From: Candidatus Latescibacterota bacterium
GTDB taxonomy: Bacteria; Latescibacterota; UBA2968; GCA-2709665
Assembly: GCA_963662665.2 (NCBI GenBank)
Contig: CAXXJS010000010.1
Location: 1 to 64,000 of the forward strand
Direction: 5' to 3'
Length of the DNA: 64,000 bases
Numbering within the stretch: the stretch's first letter is position 1; every line of letters begins with the position of its first letter. The notes beneath the pieces were generated by a model, which was not told the origin of the DNA, ran no database searches, and saw only the letters and a list, made by a program, of their open reading frames with translations. The position numbers were made by a program, and so were the translations under genes. Shown here piece after piece: positions 59,321 to 64,000 of this stretch.

Positions 59321-59452
59321 AGGCGCGCGACCCCGTCGAACCGGGGGAATCGGCGAGGGAGCGTAACGCGGTAATTCGGACACCAGAACCGGCCTGCCTG
59401 CTGAAGCATGCGGGGCAGGCCGCAGCCCGGACGGGCTTTTTCAACGGGTTGT
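59321..59452. repeat. MITE-like repeat, copy 2 (ftsQ-ftsA spacer)
   Basis: Collinear with about 32380-32510: CGGTAATTC, GCTGAAGCATGCG.GGCAGGC, GGGCTTTTTCAACGGG. Confidence 0.8.
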
Positions 59453-59512
59453 CAGAGGTTTCGCAAACCCGTACCCGGCACCTGTTCGGCAGTTGTCGGA
59501 AAGGAAGTGAGG

Positions 59513-60748
59513 ATGGCCAAAGGGGATCAGATCATCGGGATGGATATTGGAACGACCAAGATCTGCGTGGTCGTGGCGGAGGTGGAAGAAGACAATCATC
59601 TCAAGATTACCGGGATCGGCACAAGCCCGTCCAACGGGCTGAAACGCGGGGTCGTGGTAAACGTGGCTCAAACCGTCCAATCCATCCAACGCGCCGTCGA
59701 AGAAGCCGAACAGGCTTCGGACGTACGTATCGGGACGGTTTACGCAGGCATTGCCGGTGATCACATTCGCAGCCTGAATTGCCGAGGTGTAATCGCGGTA
59801 TCCGGAGCCGATAACGAAATTACCGCTCAGGATGAAGCCCGTGTGATCGAAACCGCAAAAGCGGTTTCGATTCCCATGGACCGGGAAATAATCCACGTAT
59901 TGCCCCAATCGTTCGTGGTGGACGACCAGCCGGGTGTCAAGAACCCGATCGGTATGTCGGGCGTGCGCCTCGAAGCCGACGTGCATATGGTGACTGGCGC
60001 CGTGACGTCGGCACAGAATATATGCAAGAGTATCCGAAGGGCAGGGGTAGAGGTCGTGGATCTCGTGCTGGAGCCCCTGGCATCCAGCTACGCCGTCCTG
60101 TCACCCGAAGAAGAGGAAATGGGGGTAACGCTGGTCGACATTGGCGGTGGCACAACCGACGTCGCGGTATTCTACGACGGGAGCATTCGGCATACGGCAG
60201 TCGTGGGGCTCGGCGGTGAAAATGTAACCAATGATATTTCAATCGGATTGCGAACGCCGCTACGCCAGGCGGAAAGCATCAAGCGTTCACGCGGCTGTTC
60301 GTCGCGCTCGTTGGTCGAGAAGGACGAGACCATTCAAGTACCGGGAATCGGCGGCCGGCCGTCCTACGAAGTACCGCGGGAGGAACTGTCTTCGATTATC
60401 GAAGCACGCATGGAGGAAATTTTCGCTCTGGTACATCGGGAAATCCGCAGGACCGAATTCGCCGACATGCTGGCGGCGGGCGTCGTCATTACCGGCGGCG
60501 GATCGATGCTCGAAGGGGCGGCGGAACTCGCGGAGGAGGTGTTTGGAATGCCGGTAAGCGTCGGCAACCCGAACGGCGTAACCGGCCTGTCGGACGATGT
60601 CATCGCGCCCATTTACGCAACCGGGGTGGGCCTGGTGAAATTCGGCCTGCGGCAAGAGGAAAACGGCGGGGCGTTGAGGGTGGGCGGCAATAACTCGTTC
60701 GGATCTGTTCTTGGCAGGATGAGGGCGTGGGTGAAGGACTTCTTTTAA
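59513..60748 (+). CDS. ftsA: Cell division protein FtsA
   Basis: MDIGTTKI, DIGGGTTD, LTGGGS-like ITGGGS, YATGVGL, C-terminal amphipathic helix. Confidence 0.97.
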   Translation: MAKGDQIIGMDIGTTKICVVVAEVEEDNHLKITGIGTSPSNGLKRGVVVNVAQTVQSIQRAVEEAEQASDVRIGTVYAGIAGDHIRSLNCRGVIAVSGADNEITAQDEARVIETAKAVSIPMDREIIHVLPQSFVVDDQPGVKNPIGMSGVRLEADVHMVTGAVTSAQNICKSIRRAGVEVVDLVLEPLASSYAVLSPEEEEMGVTLVDIGGGTTDVAVFYDGSIRHTAVVGLGGENVTNDISIGLRTPLRQAESIKRSRGCSSRSLVEKDETIQVPGIGGRPSYEVPREELSSIIEARMEEIFALVHREIRRTEFADMLAAGVVITGGGSMLEGAAELAEEVFGMPVSVGNPNGVTGLSDDVIAPIYATGVGLVKFGLRQEENGGALRVGGNNSFGSVLGRMRAWVKDFF

Positions 60749-60767
60749 TGCGAACGGCGGCCGGGCC

Positions 60768-60803
60768 GGCCGTAGCCCGGATGGGCTTTTTCAACGGGCT
60801 GTT
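60768..60803. repeat. MITE-like repeat, right-end fragment (ftsA-ftsZ spacer)
   Basis: GGCCGTAGCCCGGATGGGCTTTTTCAACGGGCTGTT matches the right end of the other copies. Confidence 0.75.
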
Positions 60804-60847
60804 ACGAGTTTACCCGTTCCACAACGCGAATTGACAGGAGAAGCTAA

Positions 60848-62011
60848 ATGGTGACATTTTCGATTGTTGACGACGAAAACCAGGCGAAGATGCGGGTTGT
60901 CGGGATCGGCGGCGCAGGGGGCAATGCAGTGAACCGGATGATCGCGGCGGACCTGAAGGGTGTGGAGTTTATCGCGGTCAATTCGGACCTGCAGGATCTG
61001 GACAGATCCGAAGCATCAAAACGGGTACAGATTGGCCAGACGATGACGAAAGGGCTGGGCGCGGGCGCCAATCCGGATGTCGGACGTCAGGCCATGGAGG
61101 AGGACCGGAACCACGTCGCGGAACTGCTGGCCGGTTCCGATATGGTATTCGTGACCGCCGGTATGGGCGGCGGAACCGGTACGGGCGCCGCACCGGTGGT
61201 GGCCGAAATTGCAAGAGAAGCTGGCGCACTTACGGTTGGCATCGTGACCAAGCCGTTCAAAATGGAGGGCGTACCGCGGTTACGCAACGCCGAGATGGGC
61301 ATCGCTCAGTTGAAGGATTCCGTGGATACGCTCATCGTAATCCCAAACCAGCGTCTCCTCGACGTTTGTTCCGAGGACACGACACTGCGTGAAGCATTCA
61401 GGGTTGCCGACGACGTCTTACTACAGGCCACGCGGGGAATTTCGGATCTGATTGCGATACCGGGTGAGGTCAATCTTGATTTCAACGACGTGCGTACGGT
61501 AATGCAACAGGGCGGAGACGCGTTGATGGGAACCGGCACGGCCAAGGGGGAAGGCCGTGCAATTCAGGCAGCCGAAACTGCAATCAGCAGTCCCTTGCTG
61601 GAAGAGCTGTCCATAGACGGCGCGAGGTGCGTGCTGGTGAATATCGCGGCCGGGAGCGACCTGAAGCTGTTCGAAGTGGACGAATCGGTATCTACCGTTA
61701 CCAAGGCGGTTGGACCTGAGGCGAACATAATCTGGGGAACCGTGTTGGACGATTCGCTCAGTGATGAACTGCGGGTAACCGTAATTGCCACAGGTTTCGT
61801 CGGAGAAGAGGATACGGTTGAAACGAAAGCGCCCCGTGTTTCGACGGACAATTCTCTCGGTCTCGACGTTCCGGCATATATGCGCAAGGGCGACACGGCC
61901 GAGGCGGCGGAGCCTCAGGTCGCGCAGGAAGAAACGGCAGATGGAGACCTCTCTCTGGACGACCTCGAGATTCCGTCGTTTCTGAGGCGGCGTTTAAAGG
62001 ATACTGCCTGA
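60848..62011 (+). CDS. ftsZ: Cell division protein FtsZ
   Basis: GIGGAGGNAVNRM, AGMGGGTGTGAAP, NLDFND, C-terminal LEIPSFLR. Confidence 0.98.
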   Translation: MVTFSIVDDENQAKMRVVGIGGAGGNAVNRMIAADLKGVEFIAVNSDLQDLDRSEASKRVQIGQTMTKGLGAGANPDVGRQAMEEDRNHVAELLAGSDMVFVTAGMGGGTGTGAAPVVAEIAREAGALTVGIVTKPFKMEGVPRLRNAEMGIAQLKDSVDTLIVIPNQRLLDVCSEDTTLREAFRVADDVLLQATRGISDLIAIPGEVNLDFNDVRTVMQQGGDALMGTGTAKGEGRAIQAAETAISSPLLEELSIDGARCVLVNIAAGSDLKLFEVDESVSTVTKAVGPEANIIWGTVLDDSLSDELRVTVIATGFVGEEDTVETKAPRVSTDNSLGLDVPAYMRKGDTAEAAEPQVAQEETADGDLSLDDLEIPSFLRRRLKDTA

Positions 62012-62115
62012 CCCCCGGCGGGGCGTGTGTCCTGACCCGGAAACATGCTGCCTGAATTCGGTACAGAACACGAACCCCCGGATGTGCTCTTCGGGGATAA
62101 CGGAGGACGAGGCAC

Positions 62116-63105
62116 ATGGAAACCGTGCGATGGGGTATCCTCGGTTGTGGCGACGTCACTGAGGTGAAGAGCGGGCCCGGATTTCAGATTGCGAAGGGGT
62201 CCAGGCTGGTTGCGGTGATGCGGCGGGACGTTGACAAGGCGGAGGATTACGCGCGCAGACACGGCGTGCCGCGGTTTTACGGACGTGCTGAGGCATTGAT
62301 CGAGGATGCCGAAGTCGACGCCGTCTACGTGGCGACCCCGCCTTCTTCGCATCTTGATCTGGCGCTCAAGGTGGCACAGGCACGTAAACCGTGTCTTGTG
62401 GAAAAACCCATGGCATTGAATCACAGCGAGTGCCGGCAGATGGTTGCGGCCTTCCGGAAGATTGGACGGCCGCTTTTTGTCGCGTATTACCGGCGGGCGC
62501 TACCTCGGTTCCTGCGCGTTCGTGAGCTGCTGCGGGAAGGAACGGTGGGCGAGTTGAGTTCAGTTCACATCACGCATTACGACCCGCTTGCCCGCGGCGA
62601 CGCAGCGAGTGGTTGGCGATACAGGCCCAAAATCTCGGGGGGCGGGCTGTTTATGGATCTGGGGTCTCACGGTCTGGATCTGCTGGATTTCCTTGTGAGT
62701 CCGATCAGACGTGCCGGCGGATGTGCGGCGAACACGGGAGGCGCCTATGGGGCCGAGGACGTGGTAGCCGCCAGCTTTGAGTTTGAATCCGGGGTTGTCG
62801 GAACCGGCATCTGGAATTTCAACGCGGATTTTTCCGAAGACCGGATCACGTTTACCGGCTCGGTGGGAGAATTGCAATGTCCGGTATTTTCGGATACCGA
62901 TATTCTGCTGAAGGCGAGCGGCAAAACGACGTCTCTGGAATACCGGAATCCTCCGCATGTACATCAGCCGCTGATACAGACGGCGGTGGATGAACTCCTG
63001 GGCAGGGGAACGTGCGAGTCAACCGGTGAGACTGCGGCGCGGACGGCCCGGGTGACGGATCGATGTTTGAAATCGTACTACAATGGACCAAATGCCGTGT
63101 CTTAG
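62116..63105 (+). CDS. Gfo/Idh/MocA family oxidoreductase
   Basis: WGILGCGDV, AVYVATPP..H, VEKPMA, GGGLFMDLGSH. Confidence 0.93.
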   Translation: METVRWGILGCGDVTEVKSGPGFQIAKGSRLVAVMRRDVDKAEDYARRHGVPRFYGRAEALIEDAEVDAVYVATPPSSHLDLALKVAQARKPCLVEKPMALNHSECRQMVAAFRKIGRPLFVAYYRRALPRFLRVRELLREGTVGELSSVHITHYDPLARGDAASGWRYRPKISGGGLFMDLGSHGLDLLDFLVSPIRRAGGCAANTGGAYGAEDVVAASFEFESGVVGTGIWNFNADFSEDRITFTGSVGELQCPVFSDTDILLKASGKTTSLEYRNPPHVHQPLIQTAVDELLGRGTCESTGETAARTARVTDRCLKSYYNGPNAVS

Positions 63106-63185
63106 GTGGCCCGTAAATCCGGGACCCGTCCACGTCTGGCTCGAAATTCCGAGGGGTCTCCGTACACGAACCGGTCTCCGGAAGG

Positions 63186-63998
63186 TCATGCGGGTTTCCC
63201 CGTTCGAAGATATGCCTTCAGCGCGGACGGATCCATCCCTGCAATGCCCAGTTCGCGAACGTCTCTGCCGGATACCCAGCCGTCCACTCCCATGACAATC
63301 GATCCGATGTCAACCATCGCGCGCATTGTGGGAGCGGGCACGTCGTACTGGGCGCCGACCGAGTGCCAGGCGGCCAGACCATAGGGGATGTCTTCGGTAA
63401 GCCAACGACTTTCCAGGGAGCCGGGTGCTTTGAGGCGGGTGAGCATGTAGCTGCCGTTGATGGTGGCCCAGAGGTCGCCACCCGGCCCGAAACCGGCGCG
63501 ATGAAATGCGATATTGGCCGGGCACAGGTCGTAACCGAGTCGCCTGGCGATCGCACGGCGTTCGTCGTCCACCTTCGTGATCACACTGGCCACAGAGGGG
63601 GTTACGCCCTCTTCGTAAAAGTAGAATTCACCGCGGGAATACTCCACGCGGCCGGCGTTCATGAGGACACCGGCGGGATGGACTACCGGATTCATTGCGG
63701 CCAGGCCGCAGGCCATCACGTCGGGATATCCCGTTATACCAGGAAAGAGTGCGTCCAGGCGTCCCCGCACGGATTCGAACTCGCCGGCCGGCAATACGCC
63801 CAGACCCAGGCCGGTGACGGTGCCCCAGATGGTCGCGGTGTCCGGCGCCGTTTTCCGGCAAACGAACGGCGCCGTGTCCACTTCGGCGAGAACAACGCCC
63901 TCGGCGCCTGCGTCGCGGAGGATACGCGCCCATTCAAGGGTCCCCATGGTGCCGGGCATGATGACGACGGTCTGACCCGGTCGCAAGTGCGGGGCGCA
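63186..63998 (-). CDS. NAD/NADP octopine/nopaline (opine) dehydrogenase family protein, 5' end outside window
   Basis: NPVVHP..MN, FYFYEEG, DDERR, RWLTEDIPYGL motifs. Confidence 0.85.
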   Translation of the reverse strand, partial: CAPHLRPGQTVVIMPGTMGTLEWARILRDAGAEGVVLAEVDTAPFVCRKTAPDTATIWGTVTGLGLGVLPAGEFESVRGRLDALFPGITGYPDVMACGLAAMNPVVHPAGVLMNAGRVEYSRGEFYFYEEGVTPSVASVITKVDDERRAIARRLGYDLCPANIAFHRAGFGPGGDLWATINGSYMLTRLKAPGSLESRWLTEDIPYGLAAWHSVGAQYDVPAPTMRAMVDIGSIVMGVDGWVSGRDVRELGIAGMDPSALKAYLRTGKPA

Positions 63999-64000
63999 GA

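Noticed and set aside
1-64000. Many long overlapping or antisense ORFs in the track (e.g. 1139-2461, 3995-5308, 7154-8506, 26888-28090)
   Set aside because: Shadow frames of real genes in GC-rich DNA; Arg/Pro/Gly-rich and without motifs

Overview
GC-rich bacterial chromosome segment. Gene content (DUF6785/DUF6784 membrane proteins, a PorV-like barrel, DUF3098, PASTA protein next to rpe) suggests an FCB-affiliated lineage such as Latescibacterota or Gemmatimonadota; this is inference. The left half (1-31.9 kb) is accessory: an operon with two paralogous DUF6785-type transporters and catabolic enzymes; an MpaB/Lcp-type oxygenase - MMPL - LolA-like - outer membrane protein - Tat dioxygenase cluster; an AAA/kinase/N-acyltransferase/aminotransferase run; and a putative metal-regulated operon. 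In that operon a His-rich SO_0444/DUF318-type permease is fused to an HflK-like SPFH domain and followed by HflC-like, a second HflK-like, an orphan periplasmic binding protein, a small membrane protein and a ZIP transporter, all behind a promoter overlapped by a Fur/Zur-type box. This is the best candidate for an undescribed system. The right half, from tRNA-Val on, is core: rplS-trmD-rimM-rpsP-ffh-rpe, uppS-cdsA-dxr-rseP, and a dcw cluster lacking mraY, murD and ddl. A MITE-like intergenic repeat occurs three times. All family calls come from motif recognition by eye; no database searches were run. Several starts were moved from the ORF track to the start with the better RBS or promoter context.
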